NCBI GenBank assembly: GCA_965644295.1
Contig: CBFFRP010000016.1
Location: forward strand, 1 to 64,000
Origin: Paraphysomonas bandaiensis
Taxonomy: Eukaryota > Protista > Chrysophyceae
Length of the DNA: 64,000 nt
Reading direction: 5' to 3'
Of this stretch, positions 38,362 to 50,106 are shown piece by piece; the stretch's first letter is position 1; the number at the start of each line of letters is the position of its first letter. Below the pieces are notes generated by a model. The model was not told where the DNA came from and made no database searches. It saw only the letters and a program-made list of their open reading frames with translations. The position numbers were made by a program, and so were the translations under genes.

Positions 38362-39887
38362 TTATTTCGCAACAAGTGCAGCTGGAGCACTTGTGCTTCC
38401 AACAGGAAGATCTTCGTATCTAAAACCCATTGCATCAAATTCAAAATCAGGTATACCATAGTCCTTGAGCTTCAATCGGAATGCATCCATTGAGTCATTA
38501 AATTGCTTTTTCAGCTTTACATCAAGGAACTTTATGTCTTGCAAGGCTTCGTCCTTTGCTGCCAACATTTGCTTAAGAGAGTCCAGAATTCGCTGGATCT
38601 CGATTCCATCGAGATCAGAAGCGCGAATAATCTCCTCCATCTGCGAAGAAGCCGTATCTACCGCTGACTTCGCCACTTGCAGACGATGATCCAACTTATG
38701 ATTCTGAAAATCGGACTGACGCTCTATGCGTGTCAGAGCCTCTTCGAATGACTGGTAAAGATTATCGCGCTCGGACTCCACGCGCTCATACTCCTCTTCC
38801 AGTCTCCGTTGCTTCCGTCTCATGTCAGCGTTATGTTTTCCGATAGACGTGACACGAGATGTGGCGTTTCGTAGAGCCATCTGATCTTTCGTTCGCTCTT
38901 TCAACAGTACCTGTAATTCTGCAATTTCTGCAGTCACCTTGGTCAAGGGCTCCGACAATTTCTTATTTTCTAGAGTGTACTCCTGAAGAATCTTCTTGTT
39001 CGCAGCAGCTCGGGATTTTAGAGCTTCAACTTGTTCCTGAAGACTCTTGATAAGCTGTAAATTCCCACTTGTAATGTCATTGTAATATAACTTCATCTGG
39101 TGGAAGGCCTTATGATGATTTTTCATCAGATCATTGATATGTTGGTTTTTACGTTCTTCAACTTCATGAATCTCCACTTTGCGACGAAGCTCCAGTTCTG
39201 ATTCCAGCTGCTTCAGACGATTCTCACATCGCAGCTTAAGCTCATGCAAGCTGTCCTCAAACTGGTGACGAAGTTTAGCTATCTGCTTCTCATGCTGTTG
39301 GCGGATCTCTGTCACTTTGGTAGCATTAACAAGTTCCATCTCCATCCGCTCAAACTTTAGTTGCTCCTTTACTCTCAACAGCTCCCGCTCTCTCCTGTGA
39401 TGCATGACCTGTTCAGCATCTAGAAGACTCGTTCCATCATGAACGATGCCTTTAATGTTGTTTCTATGCTCATACTCTAGATGTTTGACTTTCTGTTGGT
39501 AAACGCGCAGCTCTACACGATGATTATCTTCCAGGAGCTCCATTTCTCGATCCTTTGCAGCTACAGCAAGTTCCAACTCTCTCACTTCGCGACGGGTGAT
39601 GTCAAAATACTGCCTAATCGTGTCCTATATAAGTAAATGTTAGTATGAGAGTGTGGTCGCATATGTGGCACTCACTCTCTCAAGCTGCACGTAGTTTCGA
39701 TCTAGCATAGACTTATCTAGCTGCTGTCGAAGCATCGGCACAACCTCACGGAGCATTTCCAAATCCATAGTGTCATATTCTGACCACATATCATTAACCC
39801 TCTATCACATGGCTGCATATAGTCACCTGTTTCCTCCACCGGAGCCTCCTCAACTTTCTTTTTGTCTTTCTTCTTCTTTGCTCCCAT
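38362..39887 (-). CDS. GAS8: Dynein regulatory complex subunit 4 (GAS8/trypanin); 3 exons
   Basis: MGAKKKKD..., DRNYVQLERDTI, HRVELRVYQQKVKHLEYEH, LRRKVEIHEVEERKNQHINDLMKNH, MKLYYNDIT, KLKDYGIP. Confidence 0.96.
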
Positions 39888-40284
39888 ATTTATATTATCC
39901 GGTCGATTCCTGTATGTGTTTATGGATTAGAGGAGAGACTGACCATGAGTGGTTGCATAAGCCTAAGCATTGACACTCGGCATTCCTGTTGAAGCATCAT
40001 CATAATTAAGTCCCACTGTCGTTATTCAACCGACAATTCTTGGCACAATAGAATTCTTGGGAAAATTACCGGTTTTTGCACAGCTCGTTGGGATGACACC
40101 TGCGAAAAGTGGGGACATTACGACGGAAACTGTAACTTTTCCTAATAGGGCTATAAATTACAGGTTTCTATAAATAATATCCTCTGCAACAAATTCTGCT
40201 GGACATGATTTCACATGCAGTACAGTGTATGTACAGCAGTGTATGTGGCGCACTGTGTATGTATGTATCATGTAGCACCATCAC

Positions 40285-42582
40285 ATGCCTGCATATGCTA
40301 TAGATGAGATGGATAACATACTGCAGTTAATATCCAGCTACACCGGGGCACCCGGCTCTCCCCCTCTCCCTTCTCCTCCCCCTCCTATCACCCCTCTACA
40401 TGACGTCTATGGCGTGCTGTGTTTCTCTAAGAACAGACCCTTCCAGCTTAACGCTCTGCTTGACAGCCTGTGCTCTCACCTGCACACCGATACAGAGCCT
40501 GTAGTGGTGCTGTATGATTCATCCCCTATATGGGATAGCGCATACGATGAGGTGTTCAGCAGATACACGCACCTCTCTGTCACTCCCGTCAAGCAGACTG
40601 TATTCGAGAGGGACTTCGAGGAGTGTATGCGGATTTTAGCAGAGGATAGACGGGATGGTGTTATCATGTTCTGTGTGGATGATCTTGTGTTTGAGAGTCA
40701 GGTGGATATGCGGTATGGGCCCTATTAGTTATCAGTGACTGTGTGATGTGTGATATGTCAGGAGTGTGACATCTTTTCTGCGAGGTACGTACAGCTGCAT
40801 GTTTGTGACGTACTTAATATTTGTGTTTCAGATACACCTGATGCCTACGGGGTCCATCTGAAACTACACCCCGGAGTAGCATATTCCCACCCCGGGTCTT
40901 GCGTTTGCTTTCCTCCCACGCTCAAGTGTAGATATAATGCGCAAGATAGCATTGGCGTGCTGCAGTTTGATCTCCGAAGTGGAACTGCTGATTGGCGATA
41001 TCCTTTCGACCTCTGTGCAGGGGTGTATCGTATGCGTGACATAATGCAGATGTTGTCTATTATTTCGTCCGGCAATGGAGAGAAGCGCATAACAGACCCA
41101 AACACACTGGAAGTCTTAGGGAATCAAGCCTTGTGGTCACTAATCTCTCCTCGTTCAGTGGGAGGGTGTATGATGCATCCCTCAGCCGTGGTAGTAACTG
41201 TGAACAGGGTGCAGGAGAAATTTGATGTACCGGTATATGATACCCCAGGTGGAGACATTATTTCCCTTAATTCCAGGATCACTCAAGGTGACGCAGCTCA
41301 ACTAGATATAGATAGATATCGTCATACACTTCACTTTTCTGTACATATTGGAGACCTTTATTTCTTACCTTCTCTGCCTCAAACCCCAGATGCATCTGCC
41401 ACAGAGGTGTCTGTTATTATTCCTGTCTACAACGCGGCCAACTTCCTTCATGCGTGCCTGGATTGTCTATTGAAGCAAGAAAAGTGTGTATTTGAAACCA
41501 TTGCAGTATTGAACGGTTGTACAGACGACAGTAAGGAAGTTATTCTGTCTTATATAGAAAAATTTTCTGCTCGTGGAATGGAATTGCGGCTGTTGATGAT
41601 AGCGGATAAAGGATTAATTTCAGCCTTGGATGCGGGACTGGCCGCTGCTAACGCTGAGCTTGTAGCACGATTGGATGCCGATGACATTCTTTGTGATTCC
41701 CTCCGTCTGTATACTCAGTTGCAGTTTCTGCGTCATAACCCCAATATTCATGTTGTTGGAACACAAGCCTTGGTTCGATCCTTAAGAATTCAGGGAAATG
41801 AGGAGGGCGACAAATGTCAGTTACTTCCGTTGGCTGTGGGTATTCCTACCCATCCTGTTCATGTCCATTGGAGCATGCTATTTCGCTGCTGCGTACTTCA
41901 CCCGACAGTTATGATGAGGCGAAGTGAGATATTGGAGGTCGGAGGGTATGGAGGGGGTAGAAAGGAGTGCTCTTATGTAGAAGACTACGATCTCTGGTGT
42001 CGAATGTTGGCTAGGTTAGTATATCATGCCAGTAACAGTGTAGATATAGTATTTACACTTCTCCGTCTAATTTCTTTGAATCACATTTTTCCCGTCAGGT
42101 ACCCGCAGTGTATAGCCAATCTTCCGGACGCAAGTCTCATCTTGCATCGCCATTCAGATTCTAAGTCCGTCACGGAGAGCAGATATGCTAAGGAAGAGGC
42201 GCTGATTGTTAGTTCCTTTCTGTGCAGTGATACATTACTGAGCACGTCTCCGTCAGACCCGAAGTGTCAAGTAAAATTTATTAGAAATATTTCTTGTCCA
42301 AAGGAGGTATCAAGCAATGATGATTTAATTCGCACATGCGAATTTATAAGAGATATATTCGGTTCGTACGTTTCCCGCCTTCCGGAAGCTTCACTAGCTG
42401 ACGGAGTAATGGATGTCTTACGAGAGTTGAAAGATAGAATTGGACGAAAGTTGATAAGTCAGTATGATGGCTCCGACATTTCATTTAAGTCGAAGTGTTG
42501 TGAGATATTGGAGCTAGATACTTCTTCAATGCTGAAGTTTAACATGACCGAAGAACTTTTGACTGCTTTTGAGAGTATCTAG
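40285..42582 (+). CDS. Two-domain glycosyltransferase: uncharacterised GT-A-like domain plus GT2 domain
   Basis: N-domain FSKNRPFQL, FCVDDLVF, DWRYPFDL, PNTLE, VNRVQ; GT2 domain VSVIIPVYNAA, ARLDADD, HPTVMMRR, EDYDLW; three short introns. Confidence 0.85.
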
Positions 42583-42909
42583 TATATAATATCTAGTATA
42601 GTATATTATAGAATATATATACACCGTGACTTTGGTATAGTATATATTGAAAGTAGAGAACTTCGTATATGTATTCGTAATATTTACGTAATTAAAGTAA
42701 TCGTGTTAATATGGTGATAACTGGCTGTATTATGGGAAGCGTTGCAGCTTATTCTACTAAGTATTTATTAAAAAGAAGACCTCTCGAGCACCCGGAACCC
42801 CATGACTAAGCACATAAGGATATCAACTGTGAAGATTTATCCCAGCTTGTACGTCACAGTTTTTGTAGATTCCAAGAACAAAGTTGTATTGTGTATTGGT
42901 TGGTGCGTG

Positions 42910-43053
42910 TAGGGCAGCGCTGCGCAACAATAAATTGTCAATTAATTGACGCAGGATGTAATCATGTAATCAATTATCAATTACAATTTACTATCTACAA
43001 TTATTATTTGCCGGTCAATTCAATATTTGCCTATTAATTGATATGCAGCACTG
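42910..43053. mobile_element. Possible small hAT-type MITE remnant
   Basis: TAGGGCAGCGC... left end, ...GCAGCACTG right end, interior of CAATT/AATTG repeats; similar ends at about 15005-15025 and 20586-20610. Confidence 0.35.
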
Positions 43054-43273
43054 TTTAGGGCTTTACAGTGCTATAGCTCTAATACAGCTTAGCCCACAAT
43101 GTACTGAAAGTGTAAATATATATAGTTGAATTAATATTGCATCACATTCTTCTTCATGTATACAAAATAATTGAGAATAGCGAACGAAGGCAAGCTTATT
43201 TCACACAAGTATTGCACGTTAATAAGAAAATATCTATTAGGTGAGTAACGCCAGCTAACCTGCCAATATGCCT

Positions 43274-44651
43274 CTAATCATCGCCACTGAGGTCACAGTC
43301 GTCACCCCAATCCCCACCTGTAACCACGTCATCAAGGTTAACATCCCGTAGTGCCGATCGTATGGGACTCTCAGGCTTGGATTCTACTTTGGCCTCAGGA
43401 GGCGGGAGAGGAACCGCCTTGCGGAATGTGGGTGCCGCTTCTATTCCAATGGTCTGTACAAAAACACAAGAACATAAAATATTTCACCGCGGAAGAATTG
43501 TTGAAAATTAATAGACATGTACACCTTACCGCAAATATATCATCTGCTGGAAGTGATTGAGGAGGGCGAGATCTGCTCCTGGAAGTATTGCTTCTGCTCC
43601 CATTTGTAGATGAAGTCTGCAAAGTCGAGTGGGGGGTCAAGCTAGGCGAGCCTTCCCGCGTAAGGGGCAGCGAACCCTGAGAACGAGAACCATGCATTGG
43701 TCGAGGGGGAGGGGCTACTGATGAGACGGATCCTGAACCGGATCGTACAAGAGGGGAGGGAATAGCTGGAATGGTTCCAGTTACAGGTCGGTTGAATGCA
43801 ATATCTTCGTCTTCGTCTCTCCAGTCACTTGTGACGTCGCCAGACACTTCGTCATCCCACTCATCTCGTATTTGCGATTTTGACAGCCGTGCTGCCTGCG
43901 ACGAAGTCGAGGGAGATATTTTACCCATCTGCAATCCACGGGATGTCCCATGACCTTTCTCCATATCAAAATCATCTTCAAAGTCACTGCTGTCCTCATC
44001 TGGCTGTTGCCTTGCGCTCTCTGCAGCAGCATATTCACTCACGGGTACCGGTGAGTATGCAGTGGTAGACTCTGCGGGCTGCCGCCGGAATCGGCGACAT
44101 ACAAATAAAATGACTGCTGCAACCACTACAAACATAAATATGGTTCCAGTACTGCTACCAGGTGAGGCCTCCGGGCTCTTTCGCACTGAGTCCACAGGAA
44201 CCTTCTGTTCGATTGTTGGCTGTGGCTCGGGGGAGTCATTAACAGCGCTTTCATCCTCAGTGGGCTTTGCCGGAGGAGTAGGAACAGGCTTATCTTCCTC
44301 TGTCGACTGGGTGGGTTTACTCGTAGCATCTGGAGCAGGGGGTGTTGCCTCACCCTCTCCTTCAGCAGATTGTTCACTATCCGCCTTAGCATCCTCACTG
44401 CCTTCATTTGTATCAGGAGTTGGAGTCTCTGCATCCTTATCATCCGATATCTCACTAGTTCTTCTGTTAGTCAAGTAGCCACCATTTCCCATCCCCGCAT
44501 GCCCTCTAACCCCCCTCAGTAACGACCACGAGGCAGAGGGACCCACTGCACTGTATACCGCATGATTGATAGGGATAAAGTCACTCTGTCTGCCGCTAGA
44601 GGGGTTAGGAGAGAGTATCAGTGTTAGTAATATCACTCCTGTCTGCCACAT
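43274..44651 (-). CDS. Single-pass type I membrane protein with low-complexity ectodomain and acidic/Ser-rich tail; 2 exons
   Basis: Signal peptide MWQTGVILLTLILSP, TM IFMFVVVAAVILFVC followed by RRFRR, YSPV motif; intron after DDIFA leads to ...DWGDDCDLSGDD*. Confidence 0.75.
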
Positions 44652-45180
44652 CGCCTGATATGTATATCTATGTGTGTATGTGTATGTCTGGCTATTAAGA
44701 TATGAGATAAGCTGATTATATACAGCTAATATACAGAGATATACGTATTGATTATGATGGAGGGGTCGGGACCATCACAGGTACTCTACTGTGCTGTACT
44801 CTACTGTACTGTGCTGTGTGTTATGTGCTTGATGGGAGTGATAAGAAGTGAAGATGAAGAAGTGACTGATGTGATTAGGAGGCACTGGATGCCTCTGTGT
44901 GTGTTGTCTGTATGTATGTGTAGTCTAGAGTCTATAGTCCATACAGCAGCACTTTGACCAGTATAGAATACGCAGAATACAAAATTGAACGGGTAGTCTT
45001 CCGGTTGTCTTCGTCCGTATCATAAAGGAGGGGAGGTCTGCTATTGGCTGAGAGTCTTCGACTGTAACTATCCATACATAAACACTGCACTGATATACTA
45101 AGCGACATATCGATCAGCTCAATGGACTGGAAACACACCACATATAAGCCCATTGTATGATATAAACACCATACATCGAC

Positions 45181-45606
45181 ATGGAAAGTAAAGACTCTTC
45201 AAAATGTTGTATTGTATGTCAAAATGAATCTGCTGCCTATAAGTGTCCTCGATGTCGGCTGAGGTATTGCTCTGTGGCCTGCTGTACATCTCATAAGTTA
45301 ACATGTTCACCGGCTGTTGCTAAAGAAGTACAACAACAGCAGCAGCCAGCGGAGATAATAACTACGTCTAAACATTCAGTGTTAGATGAAAATGTTGACG
45401 ATGACTATCAGGTGTTATCGGAAGAGCAAAAACGAAAGCTTAGAAAGTCTTCTGAGATAAAGAAATGGCTCGGAAGTAAGAGACTACAGCAGGAGCTCTT
45501 ATCTATTGATGAGAGTAGTAACCGTTCTGATAGATTGAAGTTAGCCAGGCAAAATCGTGAATTTGAGGAGTTTGTACGGCAGGTTTTCGATGTTATTAGT
45601 AGTTAG
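45181..45606 (+). CDS. ZNHIT3: HIT zinc-finger protein (ZNHIT3/Hit1, box C/D snoRNP assembly)
   Basis: CIVC..AYKCPRCRLRYCSVACCTSHK; C-terminal LSEEQKRKL...LLSID...FEEFV. Confidence 0.85.
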   Translation: MESKDSSKCCIVCQNESAAYKCPRCRLRYCSVACCTSHKLTCSPAVAKEVQQQQQPAEIITTSKHSVLDENVDDDYQVLSEEQKRKLRKSSEIKKWLGSKRLQQELLSIDESSNRSDRLKLARQNREFEEFVRQVFDVISS

Positions 45607-46083
45607 CATCTATTCCCTTCTTTTTATTATTATTAATTTAAGTTTTCTTGTCAGCTCATTTCCTATGCGTAAAATTAGTTGTAATAAAGATACTATTTCC
45701 ATAAGTACAATTCTATTCATTCTTTTCTCAATAGGCGTGCTTGCACACCTTGTTTAATATATGCTTACAATTTGTAATTGGTAGTGTATATTTTATTGCT
45801 GGTTGATTCAGAAGTATTTTGAATCAGAAACATGTAGAGCATTGATCGAAAACTTACTATAGAACAAAAGCCATCGAATTCTAGACGCAACGTGAAAAGA
45901 AGTGTCATAGCTAAGAATGGCTATTACCGTTCTACTAGGGGGGGTGAGACTATAATTGTGTAGCTATAGGGACTATAAGCAGTCAGTGAATTTCTTATTC
46001 CACAAGTAGTACTTCACTTGCTGCACCGAAATGTCATTAATATACAATTATTCAATATTCACAATTGCAGATGAATCGTTTCC

Positions 46084-47227
46084 TTATGTAATTCCAAAAG
46101 AAGGGCATAGTAGGTGTACAAAAAAATTCTGTAAAGAATCATTACAGTCACTCTCTTCCTTTTCACCTTCAATACGAGGGGGCCTTTTGATATGTGTATC
46201 TTTCTCGGTAAACGAATCGCGGACGCGTTGATAGGTTTGTTCAGATATTGATACTCCAGAAATATACCCCATAAGTTTATCCGGGTCGGTATTATCCGGA
46301 AGGTGTGAAAGCAACTTAATTATGCCCTCCATTGTGCTAGACTGTAGCTTGAACTCAAACATCTGTAGTATACCCAAGGCCGCTCTAACGACAAATACTT
46401 CTCCCTCAACCATATAGCTATCCCACAACCGCGTCGCTACAGGGACTGGTGCTGCCTTCGCAAATAGTGAAAGATTCCAATCTAGTAAAAACACCTCTGA
46501 GGCGACCCCCTCCTCTATCATATGGTGACGTAGCCCAGGAAGGTGGCGGGAAAAAAAATAATTAAATGTCTCTACATAAGGAGACATCAATTCTGGCTTC
46601 AACCTATAAAAGTCAAAGTTGATTCGACGTCCGAGAATGTTGGCAAACGCCTGAAAGGCTGAATACTCGTCAAGGTACAACAAACACATGCCAGCCACGT
46701 AGCTCATTCCCTGGACGTAACCGAAATCCGGTCTATAACACGCATACGTGCGCAGCACACGTTCTAATGATTCTGTAAGTCGGGTATCCAATGAAAAAAG
46801 AGAATACTTCGCGAAAGTTCTGGGTACATCGTGTTGTATAAGAGCGATACTGTCTTCCCGACTCAAGGACTTCGATTCTGCATTTCTCGATTACAACATA
46901 AAGCATAATAATATAACACTACCTGTTGAAACAGCATCCGACGTATATGTATCTGTAGTAGTCGATGGGTTACTGGAGGAGCGTGACTGGAATATCTCAT
47001 ATAGAGCAGGAGTAATATGCAGGGAATTGCCAGCGAGCATCAGCCATGCCTGGCCACGTACCGCATCAGGAATACCCCGAGAACATAGAGCTTTCATATC
47101 ATAACTCGAAGGATCGGCACGCCTGTGATAACATTACTCCATAATATCACTGTGCATGTATAAATAAGAACCTTGATAGTAAGTCCACCCATATCTTGAG
47201 GCAGCCCTTATCATCCTCTTGCCACAT
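46084..47227 (-). CDS. TBC-domain Rab GAP (TBC1D12/14-like); 3 exons
   Basis: RGIPDAVRGQAW, IQHDVPRT (Arg finger), YRPDFGYVQGMSY (Gln finger), RLWD. Start MWQEDDKG is inferred. Confidence 0.88.
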
Positions 47228-47380
47228 ACACACAGATTATGATGATATAATATATGAAATGTTATGTAGGAACAGCAGAATGAGGATTAATGTCTCCACT
47301 ATAAAGTGAATGGGTACAGGCTGTTGTTCTTATTTCACCAGATCCAAATCCCACTCACCACATTATGATCTCTACACACC

Positions 47381-47381
<1 letters not shown>

Positions 47382-47411
<30 letters not shown>

Positions 47412-47683
47412 TGTATGTATGTATGTATGTATGTATGTATGTATGTATGTATGTATGTATGTATGTATGTATGTATGTATGTATGTATGTATGTATGTAT
47501 GTATGTATGTATGTATGTATGTATGTATGTATGTATGTATGTATGTATGTATGTATGTATGTATGTATGTATGTATGTATGTATGTATGTATGTATGTAT
47601 GTATGTATGTATGTATGTATGTATGTATGTATGTATGTATGTATGTATGTATGTATGTATGTATGTATGTATGTATGTATGTA
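47382..47683. repeat. Perfect (TATG)n microsatellite, about 75 units
   Basis: Read directly; lies between the divergent TBC and acid phosphatase genes. Confidence 0.99.
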
Positions 47684-47829
47684 CATGTATGTTAGATATG
47701 TATAATATGAGGAGGGAAAGAAGTCGAAGTTCTATGACGTCTGTGTTTATCATCCAGTAACAATCGTCGTATCTGTATTCATAGGGCCTCATTCTCCGTG
47801 TGTCACCTCGTCTCTGTCTGTGTGTATAT

Positions 47830-49354
47830 ATGCATATGTACACATATATCTCTCTGTTGCTGTTAGTGTCGCCTCTAGTTAGCGGATGGGTTCCTGTCAC
47901 CCCTCCGTACTGCTCCAGATCCATGGAAGAACGGCACATCCCCCCGCTCTCCTCTTCTGACTCTCATAAGGTCTCTGGACTCCTCCAGACTCAAGTATTC
48001 ATCCGTCATGGTGCGAGGACCCCCTACACATCTCACCCCTGCTGGAGGCACTATAACATACTATGGAACAACTGCAATGTCACTGAATTCATGTTTGCAT
48101 CGCCCTCACGCACAGCAGAAGAGGAATCGATGTGGTTCTTCAGGAAACTGTATGATGGATCGCCTAACATGTTAGGAGGTAACTGCTTAACGGGTCAGCT
48201 CATTAGTGAGGGGTATGATCAAGAGATGGCCAATGGGAAGATACTCAGAGAGGCTTATTTTGGAGAGGGGCCTTTGAAAGTGGCGAATTCTTCGAGATGG
48301 GAGGATTTGAATATATCAAAGATATATTTTAGGTCGGATGATGAGCAGCGAACACTCATGTCGGGGCAGATATTAGTCCATTCCCTGTTTGATATTCCAC
48401 ATCGTGAAATTATAGACTGGCACACAGGAGACTATTCAATTGACACCTTATACCCGAATGCAGTGGCATGTCCGGCTCTCAAGAAAATTGCCGCTGAAGC
48501 CTTTGCGAGTGAGGGATTTGCGAGTGGACAGCAAACTCGCAATGTAGATGAACTCGAGGCGGTTTTAGACTCTGCTTTAGGCGAAGGGCACTGGTCGTGG
48601 AGATACCTATTGGACTGCTTCATGACAACTGCGTGTACAGGTCGCCCTATACCGCGAGAAGATCAGTACGGCAGTGTTGTATTGACACAACAGATATTCG
48701 ACAGGTCTATTGAATATATGGAGTTCGTATATGCGTATATGAGTTTGTATGATGGAGCGCGCTATAGCAAGCTGTCAATGAGCAACACTGCGTATCGGAC
48801 CAGAGAACGTCTATGGGGAGCCATACGCGGAGATGATTCAGCTCTCAAATTCGTGCTCTACGGTAAGTGTTTTTTGCCTTAGTTTAAATAATCTGATGGT
48901 GTACAAAGCCGGTCACGACACGACTCTTAGTGCCCTACTAGCGGCTCTTCTTGGAGATAAGTGGGATGGGCGGTGGCCTCCGTACGCAGCTATGCTTTCG
49001 TTTGAGCTCTATAGTCCTCGGGAGGAGGACCAGGAGCACTTAGTCAGAGTAGTATATAATGGCATCCCCTTGGTGATGCCTGGATGCGATACCGCCCTTT
49101 GCAATGCATCTTCTGTTATGCGTCTTCTGGAGTTCGCGTCACCAGGCATACCAGCTGAGTGCACAACTCCGGAGAATTTACCTGGACAAACCTCTGATTC
49201 GAATCATTTTAATACAGCAGATTGGATTCTTATTACTGTCTTTTGCTCACTTCTGAGTGCTGTCTTTGGCGCCATTCTGTACATGCTGGTGTCGAATTCG
49301 GGAGCTGCGAAAAGTCGCGTTCCGTATACGCATATACCTAATACCTCTCTATAA
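47830..49354 (+). CDS. Histidine acid phosphatase (lysosomal ACP2-like), signal peptide and C-terminal TM; 2 exons
   Basis: RHGARTP, RTLMSG, AGHDTT; TM WILITVFCSLLSAVFGAILYMLV; YTHI sorting motif. Confidence 0.92.
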
Positions 49355-50106
49355 ACTAGAATTAAAGTTAAATATCTGATATACTGTTATTCTTGGTTGA
49401 GGAATCTACGAACGAATCCATTATCTACACCAGCAAATATTAGCATTGTGTGCAAACCACTCCTTGTACTGCCGTATTCTTCATTTGTAAAATTTATGTG
49501 AGACTGACTGTGCACTTGTTGTATACATAGTTCTATCCTCAATTAGTCCCAAAATTTAATTTTTGACCTTTCGTTGGTTATATAGAGCACTGATATCTGA
49601 TATGACCATGTGGAGAGCATATACTGTATATCTATATATGCCCAATAGACACAACGACAGCCCACCAGCTTCAAGAAGTTTTCAATCAACATAGCAGATG
49701 TAGATAAGCTACAATAAGGAGTACATTTTGCTGATCAAAATTTAACTATTTTCAGTAGCAATACAATTCACCACAGATTCTTTATATATTTAATAATCAT
49801 AGTCCATGGCACACAGAGTATATTTGGGCTTGTCAGATTTCGACATAATTAGATTATTCATTGTCATCGCAACTACCAACCGTTTTCATGCGATCTTAGA
49901 TAATATAGCACGATCATACACAGTCATAATATTTCAGATCCACTACTACAATTACTGTCATAATAGTACTTCTCATAATACTGTAAACCATAATTTAACA
50001 AGCAATTATACTTTAAATATCTCGAAATACAACTTCTAACTCTACAGGGTTGAACAAATTACAAATTTATTTAACTCACACTAATTGAAATGAAGACAAC
50101 AGCATA

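Noticed and set aside
47310-47939. MYVC/YIHT-repeat ORFs
   Set aside because: Stop-free translations of the (TATG)n microsatellite.
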